Below, piece after piece: positions 1 to 13,501 of a stretch of DNA of 64,000 nucleotides. How positions within the stretch are numbered: the stretch's first letter is position 1; every line of letters begins with the position of its first letter. Under the pieces are notes generated by a model that did not search any database, had not been told where the DNA came from, and saw only the letters and a program-made list of their open reading frames with translations. This stretch comes from Lama glama (lineage: Eukaryota): NCBI GenBank assembly GCA_028534125.1, contig CM052816.1:82028001-82092000 (forward strand), given 5' to 3'. The translations under genes and the position numbers were made by a program.

Positions 1-3000
1 GCCTCACAGAACAAGCTGCTGATATGTAAACACCTCCGACTTTCCCCTCCAGGACTTCACAGCGCTGCCTGAAATAGGCCACCTCCTTGCTCGTTGTCTT
101 TTGGGCATCAGCTCAGGAACTCTCTCTTGTGAGCCTTTCCTTGGACCCTAGGCATAGGTTAAGTGTACATCCTTGGAGTCTTTCCTGAATCACTTGTCAC
201 ACTGTATTGTTACTGTCCCTTGACTCACCCATCTTTGCCCGCTAGACCATAGGCTCCTGGTGGGCTGACCCATCACTAATCTGCCTTTGAACTGTGGGCC
301 CTTTGTGGGCTCTCCATCACTGTTGTCTGAATAACCAGGCTCCTCCTTGTCATGCTTCCACAAGCCTCAACTACCCTAGAGCAGAACTCCAGCTTCCTCC
401 TGCAGCCCTCCTGCAGGAACTCTGAGGCTGAGGTGAAGAGGATGACCATGGGAAACCGCAGCGGTATCTGCACCCTCTCTGGACCTCCTGCACTTGGACT
501 TGGCTGAGAACCCTGTGCTGGAGCCAGAGAGCATGAGCCCAGGGGGATCCGGCAGGAAGCAGGGGAGCTTGGCCTCTCTCGTCTTACCGTAGCTGTTGCT
601 CTCACTCCTCTCCGAGGCAGGGAGTTCACATAAATGGACAAGCAGACAAAGAGCAGCTCCAGGAGCTTCGTCCTAGGTGATGAGATAGAGCCACAGATAC
701 CCGGGGAAAGACTTGGTCCTCAGAGATGCCGCCAGTCGGTGGCTTGGGACAGGCTTCTGTCACCTGACCCTGTAATCTCCAGCAGCAGCTCCCTTTCTAG
801 TATTGCTTGCTAATGATCTTTATTCAGTCCCACATAATCATATATCTACACACAGCTCCAATGGGCACCTCCAACTAGACTGCTGCTCCTATTTAGAAAT
901 CCAGGAGCTGCCGTAAGCACAAAAGGGCAGAGCCCCCAGTTTTTTCTCATGACACCCCTAACTACATTTTCCATCTCTCCTTTGCACTGTCAACGGCCCC
1001 ACAGACATCCCTTTGAAGAGTCCCTCGTCAGATCTCTTGTCAATAACCCAGCCGTCAGTGAACACAGCTGTCCCATCACCCAAATAACTGCCTCTGAAAG
1101 TTTCATTTCTGCTACAGCATGTGGCCGGTGAAAGAGAAAGTTTTAAATGAAGTTTAAAAACAAAAAACCGAAACACCCAGCTAGCTAATCATTTGTATGC
1201 TGATCAAAATTGGAAACTCCCAGATAAAGCAACTCATAATGAAAATGCAGCAAGACCCTTGAATGTAGCAATTCTAATGCTCACCACTATTATTAGAATA
1301 ATAGTGGTCTCAAATGGAGCTGTTGAGAACCGTGGCTGCCCCTGACTAGAATTCAACCAGAAAGATCAAGAGAGAGCCCTAATTGCCTTTCTTCTCAGAT
1401 CAAACAATTGCCTTAATTCTCTAGGCCTACACACCGCACTGTGTTTGAGGGGCTTCAAATAGGTTACTACAGAGGATTAAGGCTTTCTCTGCAGATTATA
1501 CTTTTATGCCCTGTAGTTCATTGCTTGAAGTGTTAAGTAGTTTTGTCAAAATAAGCAGGGCTGGAAGGGTTTTTAGAATCTTACAAATCACACTCTTGCT
1601 GAGTAACACAAGGAACATCTATTTACCCCCCCGACCCCTCCCTCTTTTTTTTTTTTTAATTTAGTGGTCGAGGCTTAAGGGGTAGGGAGAAATTAACCAT
1701 ATTAAAGATTAGTTGGAAATTTCAAGAGGCATTGCAGATAAGAGAAATACAAGTGTGGGGGCTTACTGTGTTTCGTCTTTCAGAAATTGTTTCACAAAAT
1801 GATGCAGCTGAAAGAAGGCACAGGAAGAGAAGGGATTGTCTTGTGAGCGCAGAACTGCCCGAGGAGAAGGTCCAGAGGGGCTGTGAAATCAGACCCAGGA
1901 GGCCGCTCTGGAGTGCGGTGCTAATCAGGGTTATTTCACTCACTGAAACTTCGTTTCTGCTTAGAGGAGTTGGTGGTGAAATAAGCTTCATTTCCTCACA
2001 ATAGAGTACTCCCAGGAAAGGGCGCTTGTCGGAAAGTCTTCAGTGAGGTTCTGTCCTTGGCCCCACAGGGGGCTCGGCTGTCCTCCCAGGGCCCCGGGGA
2101 CGCGTGCCTCCTGAATCACAGGCTTGTTCGGCATTTCCCCAGGTCATTAACTGCACGGGGCTCTGGCGATTGGTCCACTGCCCTCCACTTCTTCGGCTCT
2201 CCCGGGTCCCTCCCTCTTAGTCGAGCTCAGGAAGCACCTTCATTGATGTTGTAACCCTGCACCACGTACCTAAATGGCAGACGAAGTAAAGCCTGACAGT
2301 GACCGCACAACCTTGGTGTGCAGACGTCCCCTGGAACCACCGTGGCTTTGTTTCTGTCCAGCCTGGCCCAGTCACAGCTGCTTCTGAGTTTGCCTCTCCC
2401 GTTTCTCCAGAACTCAGCTCCATGGCTGGCTCTTGGCAGATACCAGGGAAACTGTTCCTCTGGCTTTGATCTCCATCTCTGGCGTGGCCTGGCTCTGTTT
2501 TCCTCTGCTGTGTCTCTGTCTTCCCATGTGTAAAAATCCAGAGAGACAGCACCACTGGCTGACACTTCCAAACCACCAACAGAGGTGCTCACAGCATCAT
2601 CACAGCCCCCGGTGCTCCGTGGGCCTGGAAAGCTCACAAGTCATTCATTGCCTCCTCCCCCAAGGAGGGAACTTGCTGGCAAACCTCAAGGCAAAGTTAA
2701 GTGGTGAGTGTGGGGATGTGAGGTTGGCCCAGAATTGGAGAGAAACCAGAAGCTTAGAGGGAAGGCGAGAGGGGCAGAGACCTATGGGGCCTGCTGGTTC
2801 TCAGAGGCTGGGGGCAATGAAGGCGGTTGGGGAGGAAGATGGGCCACTGAGTAGAGGAGGGACAGGCAGGGGATGGGGAGGGGCGTGGAGAAAAGCCCGA
2901 GGGAGGTCAAGACACCTATTGCTCAGTAATGGAAGACCACAAAGGCATAAATGGTGTTGAGTCCAGTGGGGAGACACACACCTGGCCTCTTCATATCTGG

Positions 3001-3268
3001 GTCACATCACGTCAGCAAGGAGACTGGGGAGCTGGTTCCTTCCCCTGCTAACTTTTTACATCTCTCTTCTCTCTGTCACATTTCCTGTTTGGGGCCATTC
3101 CCATCCTGATTGAGTCCTAAAGGGCCCAAACCCCAGCCTTCTCTGTACATAGAACATCTTACCCTTAGAGTCTCAGCACAAATTAAGCCCCTGGGTGGCA
3201 TGGCGGTGTTCAAATTGATGAGGACCTCTGAGTGCCTTGGGTTCAAGTGCAGAATGAATGCTTTAAGA

Positions 3269-3592
3269 CAGGGGTCAGCAAAGTTTTTGTGTGAAGGGCC
3301 ATAGTACATTTTTCAGGCTTTGCCGGCTGACAGGCAAAGTTGAGAATATTATGTAGGTACTTATAGAACAAGAGAGGAAACAAATTTTCGCACATTTTAT
3401 AGGTAAAATTCAAAGCTTTCTAGGCACTGAAATTTGAATTCCATGTAATTTTCACATGTCACACAATGTTATTCCTATTTTGATCTTTTTTTCAATTATT
3501 TAAAATGGGAAAAGCCATTCTTGGCTTGTGGAATGTATAGATAGCAGGTGGTGGGCTGGATTTGGCCACTGGCTGGAGTTTGCCAATCCCTG
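3269..3592. mobile_element. MER58-family hAT-Charlie DNA transposon, near full length
   Basis: Terminal inverted repeats caggggtcagcaaa / tttgccaatccctg; 8-bp target duplication ctttaaga (3261-3268) / ttttaaga (3593-3600). Confidence 0.85.
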
Positions 3593-3914
3593 TTTTAAGA
3601 AGAATGAAACATGTCACTATAAAGGAGGCTGCACTCAAAACGCCCTGTTCTTCCCATGTCTCTGCAGACTTGATTGTGATGATCTGGATAAAAATGCTCG
3701 TCATCGAAACCCCAGTTCCAAAATCAATGCCAGTGATTCATGACAGGTAGGCGAAATGACAGAATTTTCTACTCTTCTTCCAGATAATTAGGCTGCAGGC
3801 CCCAGTGCGTGGTAATTAATGCTGGCATATCCCTTAAGCACATGCCCTTTATCAGAAGTCTGCACCCGGGACCATGCTGGTGATCTTACATTTTTATGGC
3901 AACATATGGTTTTC

Positions 3915-4090
3915 AAAGCACTTTAACATGTGATATCTCATTAGATCTTCTTAACAACCCGAGAGGTAGAAAGAGTAATTATTCTCCCCATTTTATGATT
4001 GAAAAGAACCTCAACAAAACCAGCACTTCACGGAGTTGTGGATCTGCCTGTGATCAGTCACGGAGCAGTGGATGGAGGTTGGAGCTCAGG
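3915..4090 (-). mobile_element. MIR SINE, degraded
   Basis: atctcattagatcttcttaacaacccgagaggtag...attattctccccattttat resembles the reverse MIR core. Confidence 0.6.
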
Positions 4091-4784
4091 TGTTGCGAGG
4101 AGCCAGGGACAGAGCAACAAAGACTAACCTGGAGCTCCGGTCAAGAGGGGCAACAGCCAACAGAGAAAAGAAAATAATCCTACTAACATTAAAAGAATTG
4201 GTACACCTCTCAGGATGAAAAAGAACTCCCTCTTTGAATATTTCCAGAAATATTTAGCCTTGTTTATTGTAACCTGAAAGCATATCTTAAGGTAAAAGCC
4301 TCCAAAAACTGAATAAATCCAAAAGATGAAAAGAACAGACTTTAAGGTAATAATTAGACTTCCAAAAACAGTCCCGGAATGCTGCTAAGGGCCAGTACCT
4401 AGAATGCGTGTTTTATTATTACCATATATGTGAAGAACTTAGAGCAGGCAGCGAAGAGGATGTTAAGAAAATCAGAGTGCACAGCTTGACCCTCAAGGAG
4501 AGCATGAATTGGGACACAAAGGCCGCGACTGTGACCCTTCCTCACAGATCAGAATGAGAGCACAGAGGCCAGAGACTTTAATGAGCTGCGGCAGGTTAGT
4601 GGCTCGGCCATCCGGCTGCCTGCCTGGAGCCGGCTTCCTCCCAGGGAGAGGTCGGGAAGCAGGGACAGCCAGCTGCTGCCCTTGGCTTCGATCACAGCCA
4701 CACAGCAACATCACACAAGCCTGAAGTCCTTTGAACACCGCCCCCGAGAAGTGTCACTCGGCGACAGAACTGATGCTCGGGGAG

Positions 4785-4985
4785 GGTAGTGGTTAAGAGC
4801 GAGAGCTCCAGCGTGTGCTCACCTCGTTCAAATCCAAGCCTCCCCTCACTGACCTTGACCTTGGGGAGGCTGCTTTCATGTAGTTCATGGTTTAGAAGAC
4901 GGGATAACACGGTGGCTACACGGTTGGCTTGTGGGAAGCCCTTAGTGAGATAATGTATGTAAAATGCCTGGCACAGAGCCTGGCC
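4785..4985 (+). mobile_element. MIR SINE
   Basis: gtagtggttaagagc...ttcaaatcc...gaccttggg...gagataatgtatgtaaaatgcctggcacag. Confidence 0.7.
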
Positions 4986-5044
4986 TCTTGAGATGGGTGT
5001 GATTTATGAGACCCAATGGCAAGTGTGAAACGACGGGTAACTCT

Positions 5045-5240
5045 GGAGAGGCAGTTCCGTGGCAGAAGAAAAGAGCATAAGGCTTGGGTTGCACGTGAAA
5101 TTCTGACCCTTGGGAGAGGTTAAGTAATCTGAGAAAAGCTACCCCCTCCTCCCCGAGCCTGAGCTGCTTCCTCTCAGAAAGGGAGGTAATGACATCTATT
5201 TCACAAGGTCACTGGGAGGATTAAGGAAGACAGGGTATGA
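5045..5240 (+). mobile_element. MIR SINE, degraded
   Basis: gagcctgagctgcttcctctcagaaagggaggtaatgacatctatttcacaaggtcactgggaggattaag matches the MIR core. Confidence 0.55.
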
Positions 5241-5636
5241 GATGGCTTTCTATGTTATATTATAGAATGCCACAAAAATGCTCCCAGCCACATCTATAAA
5301 CACAGCAATATATACGTATTTATGTGGACACCACATCTCGTCCCATAAAAGATTTGCTCAAATCTTAAGCAGAGCTCAAAACCCACGTAAATAAAAGAGT
5401 CCACACAAAAAAATAATGAACCATAAATATGATTTAAAAAGGAGGACCCGGGAGTAGGTAAACAGAGGAACAAAAAGATCCAGGAGAAAGAAACATGCAA
5501 AATTGTAGGTTAGAAGATTTTATCTACTTTACTGTTCAAATTGAATATCCACCTTGTCTCAAGTTTTCTGAGAGTCAAAGGGAAAAAGGAGATGTGGTTT
5601 TTCATTCTTAATGAAAAAAATACATACATATCTATC

Positions 5637-5706
5637 TCATCCTCTCCTCCCCTCCCCTCCCTTCCTCTCTCCCCTCCTCTCTCCTCTCCTCTCCCCTGCT
5701 CCTTTC
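5637..5706. repeat. CT-rich low-complexity tract
   Basis: cctctcctcccctcccctccc... Confidence 0.85.
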
Positions 5707-5734
5707 TTTAAGAGAAGCAGTAGTTTGCAACCCT

Positions 5735-5880
5735 TACTACAACCTTGCTAAGGTCAGTACTGTTTATAAATGAAGAAACCAAAGCTTGGAGAAGTGACGT
5801 AGCTTGACTGAGATCACACAGCTAGGAGGAAGCAAGGCCAGGTTTCAAATTCAAGTCCAAAGGCACCACAATCCCACCAC
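5735..5880 (-). mobile_element. MIR SINE
   Basis: tttataaatgaagaaaccaaagcttggagaagtgacgtagcttgactgagatcacacagctag. Confidence 0.65.
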
Positions 5881-7052
5881 ACTAGGAGTAAACTTGTCAT
5901 CTTCCTGAGCGGCAGCATCAGGGAGGCTGTTTCCTAGAAAGTCAGCCAGAGGCTGTTTGGGTGCCCCAACTTTCTGCCCAATGTGTGATTCAGCAGAAAA
6001 TTACGTTTTCAAGGCCAAAGAAGCAGAAGTAAACCCCCTCGTGGCCTCGGTGCTGGGCACGCAGAACCAGCCTTCATGGAGGGCAGGGACTGGGAGCACC
6101 GAGGAAAGGAAGAAGCAGTTTGCTGTCCTTGGGCTCAGAAATGAATGAGCACAGGGCACGTGCAGAGATGTCCCCCTCAGCCCATGATTGCTGAGGGCTC
6201 ACGTGGTGTAAATCTGAGCAAGGGCACAGCAGACTCTCACAGAAAGAGCTCTGACATGAGAAAGAAGATTCCAGCCCAGCCCTGGGTGGGGCTCATTCGT
6301 TGGTCAGTAGGAATGGAACAAGACAAGAGGAGGAGGAAAACAAAATGATTCTCACAGTCCCAGCCGACTAAGACTTTTATTCAGGTCTGGGAACTGATGC
6401 CGCAGCCCCGTTGTCCAGAATCCCCTGTCATCGTAACTAAGTGAGGTTCAAGTTTACAGTATAGTATAAAGTATATAGTTCCCACTGGTCTTTTTAATGG
6501 ATCCATAAAGTCCTGAGTTAAGGGGCTCCTCCCGGCACCATCATATTGATATCCAGACTGGAGGAACTGACCCATTATTGCAGCCCAGAGTAAGTGACAC
6601 CGTGCTTTTAACAAGGTTTATGTCTCTTCGGGTGGCTGTAGATTATGTTAGCATGGATTCCAAAATGCATTTCACAGTAGGTTCATAAAAGGGGCACTGA
6701 GTGACTGGGAGTCCAGTGTCTTCAAGCGATATCCCTGCCACACATGTGGCATCTAGTCTCAAAAGGCTTTCCCTCTGGTGTCTCTTGATCAAAGCCAAGG
6801 GCATGACACTCACAGCACAGCTCGGAAAAGGCAATTCTGCAGAGGCCGAGACCACTGGTTTCAGTTCTGTGCCTTCTGATGTCAAGTTCGATCAAAGGAT
6901 AGACTTGATGTGGCATTGGGTCATATATATATCATATATTTTAAATGAGTGTCCAACAATCTAAACTTGAGATTTTGATAAGATTTGGACAGTTGACAGT
7001 TTGGTGTTATATATTTGGGCACTGCCTTATATTAGAGGAAGACAGTATGTCA

Positions 7053-7552
7053 NNNNNNNNNNNNNNNNNNNNNNNNNNNNNNNNNNNNNNNNNNNNNNNN
7101 NNNNNNNNNNNNNNNNNNNNNNNNNNNNNNNNNNNNNNNNNNNNNNNNNNNNNNNNNNNNNNNNNNNNNNNNNNNNNNNNNNNNNNNNNNNNNNNNNNNN
7201 NNNNNNNNNNNNNNNNNNNNNNNNNNNNNNNNNNNNNNNNNNNNNNNNNNNNNNNNNNNNNNNNNNNNNNNNNNNNNNNNNNNNNNNNNNNNNNNNNNNN
7301 NNNNNNNNNNNNNNNNNNNNNNNNNNNNNNNNNNNNNNNNNNNNNNNNNNNNNNNNNNNNNNNNNNNNNNNNNNNNNNNNNNNNNNNNNNNNNNNNNNNN
7401 NNNNNNNNNNNNNNNNNNNNNNNNNNNNNNNNNNNNNNNNNNNNNNNNNNNNNNNNNNNNNNNNNNNNNNNNNNNNNNNNNNNNNNNNNNNNNNNNNNNN
7501 NNNNNNNNNNNNNNNNNNNNNNNNNNNNNNNNNNNNNNNNNNNNNNNNNNNN
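7053..7552. other. Assembly gap (500 N)
   Basis: Run of N; no flank overlap seen. Confidence 0.99.
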
Positions 7553-9894
7553 TCCTTTGGTGCTGGCCAGGGTGCTGATCATGTGGGAGCCAGAACCAAA
7601 AGTCTTCCTGCAAATGCAACTCCTACAAGGGAATGGAGCTGGACACCTTGTCCTGATGGGATGACTCAGTAACCGCCTGCTACTTAGGAAGGGTGATCAT
7701 CACTATGCTTCTGGGTCTCCAGTGGTGACCCCCTCTCAGCTGGGGCTGGGGAGGGAGGTGGGGATATGTGTTCTAAGGGCAGTGCATTCAGCAAGAGCAA
7801 GCAGTTTTATTTTGAGTAGACGCACAGATGGGGTGGCGGGTGAAGAGCTTGGGGTTAAGGTTCCTAGGCTGGCAGCCAGGGTGCTCCATGGAGCTAGTTT
7901 GAGGAAGGAGGCAGATGGTTGGGAAGGACTATAGGGACTGCCAAGGCAGCAAGAAAGCCTAGGGGTTGGGGTTAGGCAGAGATGAGGGACAGGAAGCAGG
8001 GGATGCAGCCAGTAGGGCTTAAGCCTGGGCTATAGCAAAAAGGCCCATGGTACGTGGGAGGAACGTCAGGGCCAGAGGGAGAACTGGCCAGGAGGAGGGT
8101 TCTAGAGGGTACAATATCATGATGGCAGAAGGTCCCGGAGAGGGGCTACTGTGGAAAGCCTGCCCTCTCTCTGTAAGAGCATTATAGCTACCTGAGCTGT
8201 TACTTTATAAGACAAAATTCTTGTTTGCAAAGAGTTTACAATTTGCTGATGATGCATCATATTCACTCAACAGAGGGTTAAAGAAAAACCCCAGTAGCAC
8301 AGGGTAGAGTGACCAATAAGTGGTATTGAGAATGAATGAGGGTTCTAATAAGGGTGAGTTCACAAATGAGATGGAGTGATCGGAGGGAGCAACGTGGAGA
8401 AACTGGAATCTGATCTGAACCTGGAAGGAGGGGGCAGGCTTTGGAGAGGAGGTGGGGGGATGGGTGTGTCAGGTAGGAAGAACGTATTATGGCAGAATTG
8501 ACTGAGGTGTGTTATTAGAAAAAATACAGCAGGCTGGCCAGGGTGGAAATGCTATGAAGGGGACAAGTGCAAGATGCTTGGAGGATAGCAAGGTGGCCAC
8601 AGTGATGTACTGTCCCAGGGACATGGGGGGAAGACGGCTGTCAATACCTAATGGGCTGGAGCTTAGCTATGTCGAGTCACCTTACACACCAAGTTGTATT
8701 ACTGACTAGAGGACTGTGCTGTAACAAGGCACAATATATAAAATTAACACATAGAAAGAAAACAATCAGAAAAAGTAGGGTGAGTCTGCCTAAGAAGCCT
8801 AGCAAATGAAACTTGGCCATCCCCATCAAATCTGTCAAGAAGAAGGGAGTTTTACCCAAATGATTGATAGTCTTCTGGTCTCATAGGTAAGAACACGGTA
8901 TGAGGGAGATGCCGGCCTCAGAGGGCTTGAGTAGATATTCAGTTAGATGATTAAATAAATGAATAAATTATTTTATGAAATATTCAATGAATCTGATTTT
9001 TCTTCTGTTTCTGACTCACCATGCATTCCTTTGACTGTAACTTAGCATTCCTTTCCGATTTGCCTGCAGAGAGATAATTACCGATCGCAGACATTTCATG
9101 TATTCTACTCTTCACAACAAGAATTTCTTACTGTGAAATAATAAACGGGCATTCTGGTTTTCTACCCCATGAGTTTGGCTAATGGGAAAGATCTCCTTTT
9201 GGTTTCTGAGGCTGACTATCAGACACTAAATTTGTTGGCACAAAAATCATTCTTGAGGAAGGTTTCTTGAGGACAACCTTGTCACGGGTGGAGAAAATGC
9301 TATATGGAGCAGGATTCTGGAAGGTCTTAAATGCCAGTATGACAAGTATTGAGTTTATTCTGTAAGCATTTGGGTGTAGTTCAGGTAAACAAATACTTAT
9401 AGAGAACTTGCTATGGGAAAGGCATTGCTCTGCAGGGAGGAAAGCATTTTCATAAACAGTCTGTGTAGGAAACATTCATAGGCAGTCTGTGTGGAACCTA
9501 CAATACAGTGTGGAAGGCAGCTCCTTGCAAAACCATTTATGATGAACTTTGAGATAAAAGTATAAAATAGACTTCAGAGGGGAAGTGTCAATCAACCTGG
9601 CCTAAAAGAAGAAGGATAATTCTTAACCTGCAGAACTGGGAGAAAGGCCATTTTAGGATGTGGGAGCAACGTAAAGGATGACAAACCCCCTTGTGCCTGA
9701 AGAGGAATGATGAATAGGGAAGAGTGGGTAAAGCAGAGATGACCTTCATCAATGGGCTATCCTGTAAGTAATGGTGGTTTGTGAACAGGTGAGTGATGCA
9801 AGTAGATTCTCTAGAAAAGAGTTAAAGGATCATGAATAATTGATTAAAAAAAGACATTTGGAAGGAGAAATATAAATTATAAGACTATGTTACA

Positions 9895-10036
9895 AGTAAC
9901 CTATGATGAAAAAGAATATGAAAATGCATATATGTATGTGTGTGTGTGTGTGTATGTATATATATGGCTGAAACATTATGCTGTACCCCAGAAATTGACA
10001 CAACATTGTAAACTGACTATACTTCAATTAAAAAGA
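9895..10036 (+). mobile_element. Young 5'-truncated L1 3' end with 14-bp target-site duplication
   Basis: gctgtaccccagaaattgacacaacattgtaaactgactatacttcaattaaaaa; TSD aagactatgttaca (9881-9894) / aagactgtgttaca (10037-10050). Confidence 0.85.
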
Positions 10037-10309
10037 AAGACTGTGTTACATATCAGGTGAAAGATAAGTAAGACTTTGGTCTGGGGATTAAGGGAAGATG
10101 GTAGGGGTGGAAAGAAGAGCGCTGTTCCAAGCAGAGTTCTGAACATGGTGGCCAAGGGGCTCCTGTAAGTCCCATGAGTGAACTAAGGGGATGCACACAC
10201 TTCAAAAGTTGTGTGTCAAATTTTGTGGACGAGCAAGTGAGAATTTCACTGAGGGGAGGATTCTGTTAGCCCACATCCCTCAACACTTGCCAAGATGGTA
10301 TTAAACATT

Positions 10310-10560
10310 TAGGAACATTCTTAGGGGAAATGCACGTGGGAGAAAATGGAGAGGGAGCTGGAAGAGGCTGGGAGAGCCCTCAGAGAGGGAAGGAAGGAAG
10401 GCAGTTCTGGCGGAATCCATTTCCATGCCATGTAAGCAGGTTCAAAGAGGCCATGGTGGAGTCTTCCAGCCAAATTGCTAATCAGAGGGTCCCTAGTCTC
10501 CCGGGAACAGCTGTACCTTAGGATTCCTGGTGGGTTTAGTAATTATCTGGGAACAGCCTG
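10310..10560. mobile_element. LTR16-like (ERVL) LTR fragment
   Basis: gggagagccctcagagagggaaggaaggaagg...gtcttccagccaaattgctaatcagagggtccctagtctcccgggaacag resembles the LTR16C consensus as I recall it. Confidence 0.55.
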
Positions 10561-10739
10561 TCTGAACCTTAACTGGGCTGCAAAGGCACAGTTCTGTTTT
10601 TGAGCACAGCAGCCAGGGTCCTTGGCCAGTGGCGATCCCTGCAGCTGGAGATCCAGGAGGCTCCTTCTCACGACCACCACAGGGGCACACAGTCTTTGCT
10701 GGATTCCTAAAATGGGATTAAAACATTACCTTTCTAGAA

Positions 10740-11200
10740 ACTTTTGAGGTAAAATGAACAACATATGCAAATCATTGTCTGCGCATCTAGGAGAATGGTG
10801 GTGCCGTTGCTTGATGCACAGGTTCAGGGTGAGACAGTACAAGAAAATGTGCTTTGTGTCCACCAAGTTGTGTCTGAGATGCTGGTGAGAGAGCCCGTTA
10901 AATATCTACCAGGCAAGCCAAAAGCTCAGATGGCACAGTTTGAGCTGCGACTCTGTGAAAGAAAGTGTTCATGGAGAAACAGGTATCAGGAAGTTCCCTC
11001 AGGAAGAGGAAGATTGAGTAGAGCAAAGGGTCAAATGTCTGTTTTGGGGAGTGGGGGTTAGGGCAGTCAGGTGTATTTCTGAGAGTAGAGCAGGTAAGGG
11101 TGAGGAGTGATCCAAAAGGGAAAGAGATAATCACTAAAGCACCTGTATCCTGAAAGCAGTGAGGACAGAATCTTTGTCATAAATGCCAGCTGCGTGCGGA
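10740..11200 (-). mobile_element. L2 LINE fragment
   Basis: gttgtgtctgagatgctggtgagagagcccgttaaatatctaccaggcaag... is typical of reverse L2. Confidence 0.5.
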
Positions 11201-12469
11201 ATACCAAGTAGGGACAGGTCCAAGAAAGGTAGCCATATTTTAAGAAGAAAAGAATCATGAAACGGAGACCTCATCTTACCTCTATATTACTTCTATGTTT
11301 GCAATCTCCCTCCATTTTCGTGAAGAATGGTTTACTACGCTCAATTTTTTTCTCAACTTCAAATCAGGAACAAGTGGGTGGGTTAGGAAGGAGGCTGGAA
11401 GTACCGGGGTCTGTCACAAAGAAATGAATGGTGCTTCTGCTGGTATGTCTGAGATGATTTTTTCCTCTTTCCGTATCTTGAGAAGTTGTCACCCAAACCC
11501 CACAACACAAAAACTAAACAATACCTAACACACGTTATGGTGAGTATTTTAGGACTAATGCATATTTACTTTTGAAAGCTTTCCATGGCATGTATAGATG
11601 TTTGGTGTCATCTTTTATTGAATTCACTTTTGAAAAACACATTTTCTGGGGTGAAGATATTTTTCCTTGTGTAGTGTGAGGGCTGGAAACTTGTACTGTT
11701 GTTTGATGGTTCAGAGGTGCTTCCCAGTGCCAGTGATTAATCCATGTTGTTTGATGACTAAGACTGTAATTTCTGTAAAGTGTAGGTGTATGGAAGATTG
11801 ATTCCAGAGTGGTCCATTTGAACCGCATATCTTGTCCTTTGCAAAATGGTAGTTTTGATTTTCTCCACCAGGTTACACGCCCTTTCTATAAAGATCCATA
11901 TGACTCATCCACTTGATTTTGGGGGGGGGTATTTTATCTCTAGTATGAAATTTATAGTTTTAATTTAATAGAAAATGCAGAGTTTGTAATATGGCATACA
12001 TCCCTTATCCCCTTATTACAGAGCATTCCTTGATACTTAATTGTAATAATGGATTAATCTTGGTCCTGATAAGATGACTTCTAGGGAAGCACTTGATTAT
12101 GATACACTTACTGAATGACTGAATGAATGGATTAATTCCTTTTGACCAACTCAGTTCTATTTCTGATGGAAATGTCATATTTTACATTATGCTTCAGCTT
12201 GTAAATTACTTTGGGTTATTTCGGAAGCAGACTGAGAATTAATCTGGAATTCAATCTACAAAACAAAGAAGCAAAACTTCACTACAAAAAAAGAAAAGAA
12301 AAGAACAAGACAATGAGTTTCTTTAGTTTTTTTTTCATGATTTAACGTAATAATGTAATCTATAAGAGTGCAACCATCTCTATGATAGGTCAAGGAGAAT
12401 AATCACCATTTCACCATTTTTAGTTAATACTTTGAGTTGGTTCAAGGAAATAAGTTCACGACAGGAGTG

Positions 12470-12670
12470 TGGTCTTTGAAGTCAGATAGATTATACAAAA
12501 CTTACTAATGTTGTGACCTTGAAAAGTGAAATAGTTTCTCTGAATCTCATATTCTTTGTCTGTAAAAATTGAAACAATAAAGCCACATATCTCCTAGGGT
12601 GGCGTATGACTTAAATGAGATAAAATATGTGAAGCCTTGGACATATGACCTGACAAAGTTAGGTGTTCAG
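12470..12670 (+). mobile_element. MIR SINE
   Basis: ttgtgaccttgaaaagt...tctctgaatctcat...tctgtaaaaatt...ttaaatgagataaaatatgtgaagc. Confidence 0.7.
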
Positions 12671-13452
12671 GGGACGTCGGGTCCCTCCCTTCCTTTCCTG
12701 TGAGCATCAACACAAGCAGAAATTCAATTATGGGGGAAGACAGGCAACCAAGGAACAGTCCATTTTCCTAGCTTTTATAAATCAAAAACATATTTATGAG
12801 CTATATTTTTGTGTGCTTACTGGAGAAAACTAAAACAAATATAGAAACCAGGCCCCAAACTTCACTATTCTCTTGTCTTGCCCATGATTGTGAAAGGGCT
12901 GTGGGCATTTTTCATTGGCCATTTAAAGTCTGGTGTTCCGGAGCCTGTGAGAAAGCCCACAGACCACTCACTCTGCTTCAGGTGCAGGCACGCCTGTGAA
13001 GAACAGATATTTTCCATAGGATTATTCCTCATCGTGACTGAAGTTCAACAGATAAAGTAAAAACACAGCCACTCCTCTGCTCCTCCACCCTGGAAGTGAC
13101 ACGCTTCTCAAGGAATGCTCTCCCTTCTCTTCAGGATGGACTTAAAGATGCCTTGAATCAGAATTGCAACTTGTCCAAGGGCCCCCAGACCATTCCCAGA
13201 AGAAATTGTGGGTTGTCTAATTGAACTGCACAGGCATTTGGTCAAGTGCTTTCTGGAGCTTGTCCTGCAAATTCCTGTAATTTGCACCAGGTCACTTGTT
13301 ATCCATTTTAGCTGACTGAACAGTCTGAATCACGGGTGTGAAAAGGTGACTAAAGCAATAGTAGACAGAGACCTTCCAGGAATGTGCTGTTGCCATTCTA
13401 ATCATGTGTAAGTGAGGCCACAAACTATAACAGGCTCTTTACTTGGCAGAAA

Positions 13453-13476
13453 ACACACACACACACACACACACAC
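13453..13476. repeat. (AC)n microsatellite
   Basis: About 12 AC units. Confidence 0.95.
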
Positions 13477-13501
13477 GCAATTTGTTTAAGAATCATACTG
13501 G

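Noticed and set aside
2433..2960. 175-aa plus-strand ORF and overlapping ORFs at 2217-2637
   Set aside because: Non-ATG start, no recognisable domain, GC-rich patch with open frames on both strands.
6945..7672. Long ORFs across N runs (also 48151-48735)
   Set aside because: Artefacts of translating assembly gaps.
9451..9515. Degenerate ~26-bp repeats (cagtctgtgt...)
   Set aside because: Only two to three decayed units; ordinary slippage, not CRISPR-like or an array.
11535..11920. Possible processed pseudogene fragment
   Set aside because: The three minus-strand frames gave no recognisable protein; a tblastx search would be needed to exclude it fully.
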